Shown: positions 1 through 11,849, counted from the first letter of the stretch. The stretch is 20,000 nt of DNA from Chiloscyllium plagiosum (GCF_004010195.1 NC_057752.1:4071393-4091392); one strand, 5' to 3'. The notes: a model not told the origin generated them from the sequence alone. Program-made: numbers and translations.

Positions 1-840
1 GGTCTCCTCTTCCTAGAAGACTGGCAGAGGGGGCTGTATCACCAGACTATGCTCCCACACTTTGTAAGCCTAATGTTCCCCACAGGGTGTCAATATCTAA
101 GCTGGTAGGGGAGTGCAGGAGGCAGCTTCGCTAATGCTTCCTCTCAAGCCTCGGTACTCTCAACCTCAGAGGCTGAGAAGATGACTTCTGTGGAGCCAGT
201 CATTTCTCCATGTTGGTGGGCATTCTGCTGATATCTGAAAGAAATATGAGTGAGAAAGCATACTTTCTCCAGCTTAGCTTCACTGCCAAGCAAGCTCCTT
301 CCATGCCAGTTGTGCAACCAAGGAGTACATGTACTGGTGCCATGGGCAGGAAAGGAAGAAGAAAGTTTATTGAAGACACTTGACAATACGCTGCATATTA
401 TTTGGTATTTTACTACAAATGGCATGGTTTTGACTGTACATTTGGTTGTTTGGGTGGCTCAGAATGTCATTATTCCAGCTTGAAGCATTACTTCATGGTC
501 ACACAGAATGTATGATGGGTTGAGAGCTTGTTGCAGCACGTGGAAGCAAGATGAACAATGGTGTCCTGCTGACAGCATTGGCCCTCATCCTCCAATATCC
601 CCTTTCTTTTCCTAGCCTCTGTGTCCAACAGTGTTGCTGTGAATGAAGTGGTCAGTGATGTCTGGGGAAGGAAGGTGCACAACATACAGGGAGTCAATGC
701 AATGGGATAGCCAGGGATTTGGGACCCCACAGATCTGTGCTCTGTACAGTGCATGGGGTTGTGTGTAATATTCTTGCACTTTAAAGGCCCTTGCATCAAT
801 GAGTTCTACAGCCCTCTTCCTCACAGGCACAGACACTTAC

Positions 841-965
841 CCCACCAGCTCCAAGGGTGATTGCATTCATTTTCTTTCACATTGCAACCTTTTGAATTCC
901 AGCACGATGGAAGGAGACAGAGTGCTCTTCAGCCAGTAGCTTCCAACCATTGTCTCAATATGTCT
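841..965 (-). pseudogene. Possible decayed Myb/SANT-like (Harbinger-associated) DNA-binding exon remnant
   Basis: Minus strand reads DILRQWLE...; after frameshifts it reads RLQC(R)KKMNAI, then GGTGGG|GTAAGT (GT donor at 840-835). This resembles the W...QCRKKxNDL helix of Myb_DNA-bind_5/NAIF1-type proteins. All three frames contain stops. Confidence 0.3.
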
Positions 966-1925
966 GTAAGAACCAAACATCCTGACAGCCCTCCCAGTGA
1001 ACCTCATAGGCATGTTGTGTCCCTATCTCGCAAGGTCCCCACTCAACCCATCTGCATGTGCCTACCCCTGCCCCCAGTTATATGGAGTCACCATACTAGA
1101 TGACTCCTTGCTTCTGACCATGGAGGGATTCCCCTCCCACATGACTCCTTTCCAATAATGCAATACATATCCCCTCCATGTGAATATTGTTGCCCAACTT
1201 CACAATTGTTACTCCCCATCCCCCACCCCCCAGTCCAGAAGAATAGTTTACCAAGTCCCCAGAAGCAGCCCCCTTTCCCATAGTTTCTCTGGACTAACCC
1301 AAGAGACAGACCGTGACCCATCTCCTCAATCAACCTAACCAGACAATCTTAGATGAGAAGTGCCCAGACACCTGACTGGTGGCTATATATCTCCAAGACT
1401 GCATTAGACCTACTCCCAGACTAGTCACTATAGAGCCAAAGATGAAACTGACTCCCCAGACTGCAGAGACACAGGTCCCCTGAATGAGAAAGCCCCAATT
1501 GGCTGTCTGACTGTAGCCAATCCATGGACTTGTATTGATTACTGCCTTTGATTTACTCTGCTGGACCTCCCTGACTGACAGCTGCCTCAATGTATTTCAG
1601 TGAGAACTGCTCTCCTAAGACTTGACATATGGATGCCTGCTTGCTGCACATACAATGAGTTTGCCACATAAGTTGCTGGCATATGGTGCAGGTGTGTCAT
1701 TTACGCAGCACGGTAAGATCCCTTGACTGAGAACTACTGAGAGCAAGGCAAACTGCCCAGTTGTGTGACTGCATAAATTGGCAAGGCATGGATAGTGTGA
1801 GCATCCAGATTGGTGCTACATAAGCAAGTGCTCAGAGAACAAGCAAGCAACCATGCAATGTAGCCTGGTCCAATCGGTGAACTGTATGCCTGTCTCTGCA
1901 AGCAAAATGTCCTTGCTGCAGACTT

Positions 1926-2404
1926 ATAGAGTCATACAGCATGGAAACAGACCCTTCAGTCCAACTTGTCCATTACGACCAGGTTTCCTAAACTGAACTA
2001 GTCCCATTTGCCTGCATTTGGCCCATATCCCTCTAAAACCCTTCCAATTCATGTTGTGATTGTATCCGCCTCTACCACTTCCTCTGGCAGCTCATTTCAT
2101 AAACACACTACCCTCTGTGAGAAAAAGTTGCCCCTTAGGTCCATTTTAAATCTTTCCCCCAACCTTAAACTTATGTCCTCTAAGTTTTGGACTCCCCTTA
2201 CCCTATGAACAGGACCTTGGCTATTCACCTTATCTATGCCCCTCATGGTTTAATAAACGTCTATAAGGTCACCCCTCAGTCTCCATCTCCAGGGAAAAAA
2301 GTGTCAGCCTATCCACCCTCTCCTTATAATTCAAACCATCTGTTCCCAGCAACATCCTCGTAAATTTTTTCTGCACCCTTTCTAGTCTAACAACATCCTT
2401 CCTA
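1926..2404 (-). mobile_element. CR1 LINE 3' fragment (end of ORF2 plus 3' UTR)
   Basis: Minus-strand translation RKDVVRLERVQKKFTRMLLGTDGLNYKERVDRLTLFSLE is typical of the CR1 ORF2 C-terminus. It ends in the CR1 tail TCCATGCTGTATGACTCTAT. Similar to the copies at 6948-7411, 19000-19525 and 19731-20000. Confidence 0.93.
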
Positions 2405-3514
2405 ATTGTTGGTGCGCCCTGCAGTGCAGCTCTGTGCTTTCCTACACATGAATCAGAGAGGAGCCATGATGGTTGTGAGGGTTGGCAAATGCTGGATGCC
2501 AATGTCCATGGACGAGGGGTGCATGCAACTGGTGCACATTGATCATACACTGAGATACTATTCGTCCGAAAGGACACACATCAAGTGGTGAGCTGAAGTC
2601 GCCAGGTACCACTCTGATTTCCATGTCAAAGATTTCTCAATGTCTAGCTTATTTGGCATATTTTGTAAGATAGGAAACAGAACATTAATGAGGGGAGTTG
2701 GTCCATTAACAATGCATTTAATAAGCAATAATCCCCCTTGATTAGCAACTTGGCACTATCTCGCAAGAAACTCTCTATGCTGCTCAGCAGAAGCAAAAAA
2801 GGTAGAGCAAGATGCTCTCAGCTGTAAGATAGACCACACTGAACTTCTTGTCCGATTCTGCCGAAAATGCACCATACTCCACATTCCTCAGACCTCTATA
2901 ATATTCCACCTCTAGGAAATAAATAGATTTATCAAGAGTAATCTCAAAATAGGTGAAAATCTTTCCTGTCTAACAAATTGAGATTGATATCCTATAGTTT
3001 AACAGCATTGTCAGGGATTGGGCGTTCCTGCAAGATTTAAAAATTGGGTGCTTAATAAATCTTGCAATTCAAAGAATCTTTTAATTGCTCTTCACATCAC
3101 CCTTTTGTGTTGAAAGTCTCTATCAGTCATGGACGGTGTATATGATCTAACCTGATCTCTGAAACCAGCAATGAAAAAATACTTTGTTTGCCTGACTGCC
3201 TAGCTTTCTGCCCTGAAGTAAAAGTTTTTTACTCCTGTAGTTCTGACATTTGTATGCTAACCACTAGAGAAAATATTTAGAGCTTTTTGGATGACATTGC
3301 CCTCCAAATGAGTTTGTCAGCCATTTAGTCTTTACCCATTCAATAATTTTTTAATGTAGTGTTGCTTGCATTATACTATAAGAATCAAACTTGCAGAGAC
3401 ATGCAACAGTGCTTTATAAATTACCTTCCTTTTCATAACGTGGTGCAGCCGTTCTGCACCTGCACAAACAGGTAACAACATGAATTATTGGTTAATCTAT
3501 TTTTTTAACTTTTT

Positions 3515-3662
3515 TTTGATTGAGGGAGGAACATTGGCTAGGACACCAAGGGGAATTTTAGCTTTCTTTTGAACAGTGGGATCTTTATAAACCAGAGAGT
3601 CAGGTGGGTAGTCCCTTGGTTTAATCGTACACCCAAAGAATGACACCTCTAATAAAAGTGCT
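3515..3662 (-). mobile_element. Deu-domain SINE (SacSINE1/AmnSINE-like) fragment, highly diverged
   Basis: TTGAGGGAGGAACATTGGCTAGGACACC...GGGATCTTT...GGTTTAAT...GACACCTC matches the antisense of the central domain seen at 9400-9560 and 9740-9915. Confidence 0.65.
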
Positions 3663-3710
3663 TGGATTGAAGCTGATGCAAACTACAAATGAGCTACAAG
3701 ACAGAAAATA

Positions 3711-4970
3711 AATCACAGAATTGTTACAGTACAGAAGGCGGCCTCTTGGCCCTCTGTCTGCACCAGTTCTATTGCCTAGTGCCAATCTCCTGTTTTTTCC
3801 CCATATCTCTACACACCATTGCTATCCAAATAATGATCCAATCTCCACTTGAATGCCTCAATTGAACCTGCCTTCACCAGCTGTCCAGGCAGCACATTCC
3901 AGACCCCAGCAACTCGCTGTGTGAAAAGGTTTTTTTCTCACATCACTCTTGCTTCATTTGCATAGCACTTTAAATCTTTGCGCTCTCCCTCTTTTTCCTT
4001 TTATAAGTGGAAACAGGTTCACCCTATCTACTTTGTTCAATTTGCTCATGATCTTGAAAACCTCTATATTTCAGCCTTCATCTCTCTAAGAAGAACAGTC
4101 CCAAATTCTTCAGCCTATCCTCATTACTGAAGTTTCTCAGTCCTGGAGCAATTCTTGTAAATCACTTCTGCACGCTCTCCAATGCGTTCATATGTTTCCT
4201 GTCGTGTGGGGCCCACAACTATGCACAATACACCAGCTGAGGTCTAATGAGTGTCTTGTACAAGTTCAACATCACTTTTTTGCTCTTGTACTTTGTGTCC
4301 TAATAGTTCAGTTGGCTGGATAGCTGGTTTACAATTCCTATACCAACTATGGTTATCATGAAGGACTGTCTTCAACCTCTCTCGTTGCCTGAGGCTTGGT
4401 GACCATCAGGTCAAACCCAACACTAGTTGTCTCTTCCTAACGAGAGAGCAGCCCTATGCTTTGATAGGATTAGAGCGACTTTATCTTTTACTTTGTGCTA
4501 CTATTAATAAAGCCGAGAAAACTGTATAATTTATTAACGACTCTCTCCATCTGTCCTGCCACTTTTCGTGATTTGCACATAAACACCCAGCTCCCTCTGC
4601 TCCTGCACCCTTTTTAGAATTGTATCTCCTATTTTATATTGTCTTTCAATGTTCTTCCTACCAAAGTGCATCACACTATTCTGCATTGAACTTCATCTGC
4701 CATCTCTCTGCCCACTCCACCAACTTTTCAATGTCCTTTTGGAGCTCCACACTGTACTCTTCACAGTTTACAAGTCTTTCAAGTTTTATGTCATCTATAA
4801 GTCCTGAAACTGTCTTCCGCACATCAAGATTCAGACAATTAGTAATTATCAGGAAAAACAAAGATCTCAATACTAACCCTGGGGTATTCCATTACAAAGC
4901 TTACTGCAGCATGAAAAATATTGAATGACCATAATTCTCTTTTTACAATCACTCAACCAATTTTGAATCC
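3711..4970 (-). mobile_element. Older CR1 LINE 3' portion (RT C-terminus plus 3' UTR), interrupted by a SINE at 4298-4488
   Basis: Minus strand gives LIDDIKLERLVNCEEYSVELQKDIEKLVEWAERWQMKFNAE (degenerate FADD followed by LQxDxDxLxxWAxxWQMxFN), further CR1 C-terminal motifs, and a CR1-type tail CTGTACTGTAACAATTCTGTGATT. Confidence 0.88.
4298..4488 (+). mobile_element. tRNA-derived SINE (internally deleted) nested in CR1, with 9-bp target-site duplication
   Basis: A-box-like TAGTTCAGTTGG at the 5' end and a GACTTTATCTTT tail. Flanked by TACTTTGTG at 4289-4297 and 4489-4497. CR1 sequence resumes after the second copy. Confidence 0.75.
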
Positions 4971-4990
4971 AAGGAATTCAGTGAGGCAGA

Positions 4991-5376
4991 GGTCAGGTGT
5001 GGCTCAGTTGGTGGTATCCTCATTTCTGAGTCAGTATTGGTTGCGGGTTCAAAAATCTCAGATGATATTGCAGGGAGTACTGCACTGTCAGTTGTGCCAG
5101 CTTTCAGATGAGATATTAAACTGTCTTGCCTTTCAGTGGTAGTAAAAGGCCACAACACTTATTTCAAAGAAGCGAAAGGTTGATTGGATAGGGGAGTTCT
5201 CAGTATCTTGAGCCAATATCATGAAAAGAGGTTGTGGGATCTTGCAGTGCTTAAATGGGTTTTTGTGTTTCTTTTGCTACAACAATGTACACTTCTAAAG
5301 TGTTTCTTTGACTGTAAAATGCTTTGGGACAATCTGAGGGCATTAATGGTGCTACAGTAATGCAAGACTTTCTTTT
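4991..5376 (+). mobile_element. Deu-domain SINE (SacSINE1-like), near full length, diverged
   Basis: tRNA-like head (GTGGCTCAGTTGG ... GGGTTCAAAA), Deu core GGGAGTACTGCACTGTCAG...TTTCAGATGAGATATTAAAC, and tail GTGCTACAGTAATGCAAGACTTTCTTTT. Confidence 0.8.
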
Positions 5377-6099
5377 CAACTTTAACGAGGAAGGAAAATC
5401 TTTGAGTGCCTTAACAGCTCTATGAGCAAGCTTGTGTGGATTAAAATGATTGCCAAATGATGTGCTTGTTTAAGCGCATCATGTCACAACAGCAATTGTG
5501 CTGAAATGTGAGATTCCAGTTTTTTTCCCAAAGCTGTACCTGGGTATGACTTTTACTGCATTAATTTTGTTTAACTGGACCTTTCCTGCTTGAATACTCT
5601 AAGATGAAATACTACAACAAATTCTTTCAGTGAAAAAAAGATTATTGGGCCACACCCTATACTCTACAGTTCTCCTCCATGAATCATCATGTGGTTTTGG
5701 GCCAGCAGCTACAGAACACAGAACTCAAATGAGGCAATGGCTTCAAGTTGCCCAGTCCAAACCTGCCTTATACTAATGTAAAAATAGTTAGGCAGGTCCA
5801 AACTAGGCCTCACATTGCTATTGGTTTAATTGGCAAGCATGAAAACAGGATTGTTTTACTGCTCATATTACATTTCTAAAAACTCCCAGTTAAGCAACGC
5901 CTAGCTGAGGCTGTCTGATGTAAAATTATTCTCATCCTGTTTTTTTTTGATTGTAACATCATAAGTTGGGCCATCAGTTATCTTCACACTGAACTGGCAA
6001 AACTGCACATCTCAGAATAGAACAGTGACAACAATTGCCTTCGTACTGAGCTTTAATGTGGTAAAGCCTCCTGCGATACATTGCAGAAATATAATTGGA

Positions 6100-6620
6100 A
6101 CAAGTTTTAGAAGAAGCAATGTAAGGAGATAAGAGGACAGATCTTAAGAAAGGTGGATGTGTGGAGAGGTTTAGTAATTGAATTCCAGAGCTTACCCTTT
6201 CGACATCTGAAAACATGGGCTCCTAATTGTGCAGACCTGAGAGTTTTGCATCCACACAAAACAGAGTTCTGACTGAACAGAATGTGGTAAAATTGGGGGT
6301 GCACAAGAGGCCAGAATGGGAGGAGTACAGACATTTCAGAGATAGGGAGAGGCAAGCTCTTGGAGAAACGATCAGAATTTTAAAATTTTTGTGTTGCCAG
6401 ATAGGAAGGCAACAGAGGTGATAGTCAGCACAGGGGTGCTTGGACTGTGGGACTTGCTAGAGTCGTAACCAAATGGATGGAGAGTTGCTGAAGTAAAATG
6501 TGGTTGATTGTATCAGAGGTGACAGAGTGGTCAAGAAAGTAAAAAATGGTAATTTGATTTTGACACACACAGGATGTGATTTCACATGAATTGAACATCC
6601 ATATACAACCATGTGTTCTC
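6100..6620 (-). mobile_element. L2 LINE 3' remnant, heavily decayed
   Basis: Purine-rich antisense motifs GAGAGGTTTAG..GAATTCCAGAGCTTA, CACAAGAGGCCAGAAT.GGAGGAG and CAGAGATAGGGAG..AGAATTTTAAAA resemble the L2 ORF2 3' end. Partly similar to 10110-10300. Boundaries approximate. Confidence 0.6.
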
Positions 6621-6947
6621 TTATCTACTCTGCTAATTGGAACAGGAGCAAAGAAAAGAAAGCAACAAACAGTATCAGCCAACATGGGGCCAAGAATGGA
6701 AGCTGTGTGGTCAAAGGTTTAGTGGGATTAAGATCAAGACAGCGGGAGGTGTGTCTCATGGACAAGATGAGCTTAGACATGGTACGAGGCAGGATAGGAT
6801 TTCAGGGCTAAGGAGTAGGGAAACATTTGTTTGACATGGTGGGCTTGGGAAAGGGAGGAAAGTGGCAGAGACAGGTTAATGTATGGTCGCAACATTTGGG
6901 ACAAAACTGCACAGAGAATTCCTCACCTTGCAGTGGATGAAGCAAAA

Positions 6948-7411
6948 CATAGAGTTATAGAGTTGTACAGCACAGAAACAGATCTTTTAGTCCAACTCGT
7001 CCATGCCAACCAGATATCCTAAATTAATCTAATCCCATTTGTCAGCATTTGGCTAATATCCCTCTAAACCCTTCCTATTCATATACCCATCCAGATGCGT
7101 TTTAAATGTTATGATTGTACCAGTCTCCACCACTTCCTCCGGCAGCTCATTCCATACATGTACCACCCTCTGATTGAAAACGTTGCCCCTCAGGTGCCTT
7201 TTAAGTCTTTCCCGTCTCACCTTAAACCTATGCCCTCTAGTTTTGAACTCCCCTACCCTGGGGAAAAGACCTTGCGTATTTACCCTATCCATATCTCTCA
7301 TGATTTTATAAACCTCTATAACGTCACCCCTCAGCCTCCGATGCTCCAGGGAAAACAGCCCCAGTCTATTCAATCTCTGCCTGTAACTCAAACCCTCCAA
7401 CGCTGGCAACA
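6948..7411 (-). mobile_element. CR1 LINE 3' fragment
   Basis: Minus ORF LLPALEGLSYRQRLNRLGLFSLEHRRLRGDVIEVYKIMR...KTRGH...FNQRVVHVWNELPEEVVE is the canonical CR1 ORF2 end. Tail CTGTACAACTCTATAACTCTATG. Confidence 0.95.
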
Positions 7412-7594
7412 GTGCTTTAACCCTACACGAGTTGACAAGTTTAATCTCCAATAAAGTACGAATAATTTGATATAAACATTCACTGCTTAGAGTCAAGTTG
7501 TGTGAAAATATTGGATTTAAAAAGAAACATTGTTGATTGGGCTCCTTTAACACACAATTCTATGTTTAGAGTTTTGAACTGCGTAACTGGCTGG

Positions 7595-7685
7595 AGCTTG
7601 GAAGCAGAAGGAGACCATTTAGCCCCTTTAGCCTTTTCTATGATGCATTGAACTATGGTTGATCTGAGACCCAATTCCATTCTAG
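7595..7685 (-). mobile_element. Short, old CR1-type 3' tail remnant
   Basis: GGAAGCAGAAGGAGACCATTTAGCCCCTTTAGCC...ATGGTTGATCTGA resembles the antisense of a CR1 3' UTR stem-loop region. Confidence 0.45.
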
Positions 7686-8829
7686 GATAGCTAGTGACTT
7701 CTGAAAGTTGCACTCTCCTACATCGACATTTGTTATGCATGCAGGTCAAATTGATGAGGCTGGTTATCTTTCCCACTTGACCTTTTGTTATAACAGTGAT
7801 GATTGATTTCAGTCCTTTAGAATTTGTATAGACAAGAAGCTTCCCGAAAAGCTGAGTTTAGATCAATGAACAGGAGAAGGGCAGGCTGATTTCCATAAAA
7901 ACTATATATGGGCACTGACAGAAGTATTTGGTTTTTACAATTTTTTTTGTCTGGTATTGGTGTACTTTAAGCTAATGGTGAAGTGCTGCCTCTTTCCTCA
8001 TTCCCAGATAATAGTCAATTCATTACTCTTTGCCTGCAAGGGTTTTTGGTACAGAGTATGACTGCACACACCCTGTGAGGAAATATGCACTCAGGCAGTT
8101 ATTGACCACCCTGACTAGTTTGGGAGCATTCCTCCCAGTATTTATTTTACTCTGCAAAATCACACCACATTGAGTTAGAAATGTGACCAAAACAGGTTCC
8201 ATTCAAAAAGGACATATCAGCTCAAAATAAATGTGTTTTAAACAAAGCCATTGTATTCCTTTTTTGTGACTATCTCATAAAATTCAAAAGATGCTTATTA
8301 CAAGGACAGACAAATAAGTTCAAAAATATCAGTTTCATAAGCCTGTAATGCAAACGATTAATTTGTTAGCATTTTTGGAACTTTTTGCTCTGGTAATTCA
8401 CCATATCAAAGGGCTGGGACAACACGTATACAATTTTGGGCTTTTTACCCATCAACAAAGTGTTGTAACTTACTTACCCAACCCTGAGCTCTGATCCATG
8501 TTCATAAGTTTAGGGATATGTATACTTAACAGTGGAATAATCTGCACTTCAAGCATTCAGGTTCAACTTCAAGTATACATTTATATGGACTAATGCCCTC
8601 TCTGGTCTGCCCCCAAGCATACCTCAACTCCAAATTCAGAAGCGCATCTCCCTACTTCACCAGTGTGACATATTCTATTTCCAACCACAGCCAGCTTATG
8701 AGCTCTGAATGAAAGTGCCTGTTCGGGTCAGAGTCATGAGCACTAGGGACTGGATTGAGGTTTTCATTGGACATGTCTTTATACAGTGACTAAAATCAAC
8801 ACATAATTTTTATGTGGTTGCATTGAATC

Positions 8830-9100
8830 TTTAAAAATCTTTATGGTGATTGACAAAAGAAGCAATGATGAGGTATAAGGCAGACCTTCATGTAGGAAGT
8901 GGTTACAATCCGGAATGCTCTGTTTGAACCATGGTGGAGGCAGATTCAACCACAAGGGTATTGGATCATTACCTGAAGAGAAACATTTTTCAGGACGACA
9001 GGGAAAATGCAGAAAAGTGGCACAAGGTTCTTGTAGACAGCCAACACAGATACAACAGTGTGAATGATCACCTGTGTTTTAACCATTCTATTTTTCTATG
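8830..9100 (+). mobile_element. Old CR1 3' end remnant
   Basis: GTGGTTACAATCCGGAATGCTCTG...GGTGGAGGCAGATTCA...TTGGATCATTACCTGAAG (degenerate VVxxWNAL..VVEADS..LDxYL), ending in TAACCATTCTATTTTTCTATG, a CR1-type terminal repeat. Confidence 0.65.
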
Positions 9101-9247
9101 AAAGCTTTCCAAAATTTCTAACAGCAGTGACACGGGGGGGTTGTGGGTGGATGAGTTCAGCTGGAGTAATGATAAGTGACAATATGTTTGAGCTCCACAT
9201 ATTGAGATTTGATTGCCCTATATCCTTCAGAAAGAGTGTAGAGTTAA

Positions 9248-9655
9248 ACAAAGATCTACATTAATATAGCACCATTCACAAACTCAGGATGTCCCAAAGC
9301 AGTTTGTAGTTAGTGAAGTGCTTTTTTGAAATACAGTCACTATTGTATTGCAGTAAGATATCATAAATAGCAATGTGTTTAGATAATTTTTTTTCAAGTG
9401 ATTAAGGGATTAAATAAGAGACAAGACACTGGGGCTAACTTCCTATTTTTCTTCAAAACAGCTCAAAAGGATATCTTATGTCCTTGAGAAGGAAGACAAG
9501 GTGTCACCTGAAAGATAGCATCTGTGACAATGCAGCATTCCCTCATACTTCCACTGGAGTTTCAGCCTGGATTTTTATGCTCATGTCTTTGGAGCGGAGT
9601 TTGAACTGACAATCCTCTAACTCAGAGGCAGAGGTGTTGTCAACTGAAGCACCGA
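9248..9655 (-). mobile_element. Deu-domain SINE (SacSINE1-like), near full length
   Basis: Antisense of the 4991-5376 element: tail (ATATAGCACC...GATGTCCCAAAGC), core (CTGAAAGATAGCATCTGTGACAATGCAGCATTCCCTCA) and tRNA head (TTTGAAC...CTCAGAGGCAGAG...CAACTGAAGCAC). Confidence 0.82.
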
Positions 9656-9737
9656 CTAACAATTTAACTATTCCTGAACATAGAACCCACTTTCTTCTGT
9701 GCCCTAACTCTGAAGACAAACACATAATTTATGTTTA

Positions 9738-10033
9738 AACTCTAGTGCAATGTTGAAGGAGTGCTGCACTGTTTGAGGTGCCATTTTTCAGATGAGACAT
9801 TGAAGCAGACTCCCATCTGCTCCCTTGGTAGATGTAAAAGTTCTTGGGGCACTATTTCAAACAGGAGCTGGGAAATCTTCCTTGGTGTCCTCGCCAAACT
9901 TTATCCCTCAATCAACATTACAGTAAACAAATAACCTGCTTATTATCATACTATGTTTGTGGGAGCTTGCCATGCACAAATTGGCTACAACATTTCCTTC
10001 ATGACAAAAGTGATTATATCAAGAAGCACTTCA
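9738..10033 (+). mobile_element. Deu-domain SINE body (head decayed)
   Basis: GGAGTGCTGCACTGTTTGAGGTGCCATTTTTCAGATGAGAC...GGTGTCCTCGCCAAACTTTATCCCTCAATCAAC...TTTGTGGGAGCTTGC; same family as 4991-5376. Confidence 0.82.
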
Positions 10034-10109
10034 AGAGGACACAATTAGTCAACAACCGAGATCTATGTGAACTATAAGGCTGAAGAAAGAAACAAAGCAA
10101 GGCAGTGAG

Positions 10110-10928
10110 TGAGGTCGTGCAGAAGGTTGAAAATGAAGATAAGAATAAAATTGTGCCATTGCTTAGCTGGAAGTCACTGTTGGTCTGCAGGAACAGGGGA
10201 GCTGAATGAGTATGAGCTCTTTTGAGTTAAGACCCAAGCAGGAGAGTTTTGAATTACTTCAGGTTCTGGAAAGCTGGAGAGGTCTGCCAGGATTGCATTA
10301 GAACAGTCAAATCTAGAGATAGTAAAGGCATGAATGAGGATTTAAGCAGCAGATGAGCAGAGACAGAGATGAAGCCAGGCAACGTTATGGAGGTGGAAAT
10401 AGATAGTCTTAGTGATTGGGCAAATATCTGATCCAAAACACATCTTTATGTTTAATATGACATTGAGAACAGTCTGATTCAGCCTCAGACAGTTACCATT
10501 GTCAGGAAATGAAGTTTGGGACAGGAACCAAAGGCAATGGTTTCAGTCTTTCCAATGTTTAATTGGAATAAATTTCTGCTCATCTGACAATTTAGAGGTG
10601 GTGCAGCAGTTGAGAGAGGTGCTGAGGCAGAGATGGGTATCATTGTGTATATGTGGAAACTGTCGTAGTATTTCTTTGGATGATGTTGTCAAAGGGCACA
10701 GAGTGCCATGAGAAGTTGGAGAGGCGTAACTTGGGGGATGCCAACGCTAACAGTGCAGGAGTAGAAAGAGAAGTCATTGCAAACCCTTGTATCTTGATAG
10801 AATTAGATAAGAATGGAACTAGGTGAAAGCAGTCCCACCTAACTGGATGACAATGGAGAGATATCAGAGGAGGATGGTGGGGTCACCTTGTCAAAGGCTG
10901 CAGATAGGTCGAGAAGGATGAGGAGGTA
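10110..10928 (-). mobile_element. L2 LINE ORF2 (RT domain and C-terminus) remnant
   Basis: Minus strand reads LLILLDLSAAFD (about 10928-10890), a degenerate SFHxYADD region (about 10660-10635), and YFHLHN...SSAA*ILIHAFTISRFDCSNAILA (about 10405-10285). These are typical L2-clade RT motifs, with stops and frameshifts. Confidence 0.85.
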
Positions 10929-11849
10929 TAAATTACTCTTGTATATATAGATACTTGGGATAAAATAATAGCTACAATACACAGTAATAGCTAATGGAAG
11001 ATGCTATCCAAAAGACACAGTCATAGATATCTGAGGATAATGTCTATAATTAATAAATACAAGGAGATGAAATCTGTAATTATAGTTACTGAGGTTAATT
11101 TCTGTGCTAGTATCAGTATATAAACTCAATATTCTGGGCATGTTCTGTAATATTATACCTCCCAGTCAAGATCAGAACCTATAGTGTTTAACATAGTTTT
11201 ATTTGAGCAGTGAGCAGAGGTGATAATACCTGTTTATTCCTGTGTTGTGGCATTGAGTGCCATGTAGTATTATTTCTGTGTCATTCGATGACATTATTGT
11301 ATTATGCAAACTGGTCCGTGAATAACTGAAAGCAGGAATTTCAATGAAGCGTGCAATGCTATCGAGCTTCCCTTAAAGGAAGTAAAAATTTGCTTATCAG
11401 TCACATCACTCCACCTAGCAACCCAGTTGATACCTGACTAGATCTTATCCTATTATATGCATTTCAATGTACCTTCCAAACACAACATAAAATGCTCAAA
11501 CATAGTTTGAAATTTTAAAAGCATCATTGACAATTGTTGAATGAGGTGACCATTTTCCAAATAATCCCTTTGTTGCTTTGTTATTCTATATTAGGTGATG
11601 CAAAATAATTACCAAATGGAAAACATCTGCTTAAAAGTTCCTTCCAGCTTAGTCAAAGTAGCAAAGTTAACATGCTCTCATTAATTATTAGTCAAATAAT
11701 GAGCTGGCTTCTGTGTTGGTGCTCTCATCTCCAAGAGAAAGCATCCTTGCTAAATAATGCTTCAGCTATAGCCAGATGTGTTTTGCATGATGTTATTGGG
11801 AGTGTAATTTTTTAAAAAAATTCCCTAAATCAGTTAATCAAGAATAGGA

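Noticed and set aside
1335..1470. Recurring CCCAGAC/CCAAGAC words suggesting a minisatellite or CRISPR-like array
   Set aside because: Spacing is irregular, only 6-8 bp are shared, and the context is a vertebrate genome with no cas genes.
8623..8704. Minus-strand 82-bp candidate exon (TTCATTCAG...GAG|GTATGC; AHKLAVVGNRICHTGEVGRCASEFGVE) and a nearby GG|GTAAGT donor at about 8477
   Set aside because: Weak acceptor, unrecognisable peptide and no partner exons. Expected by chance in 20 kb.
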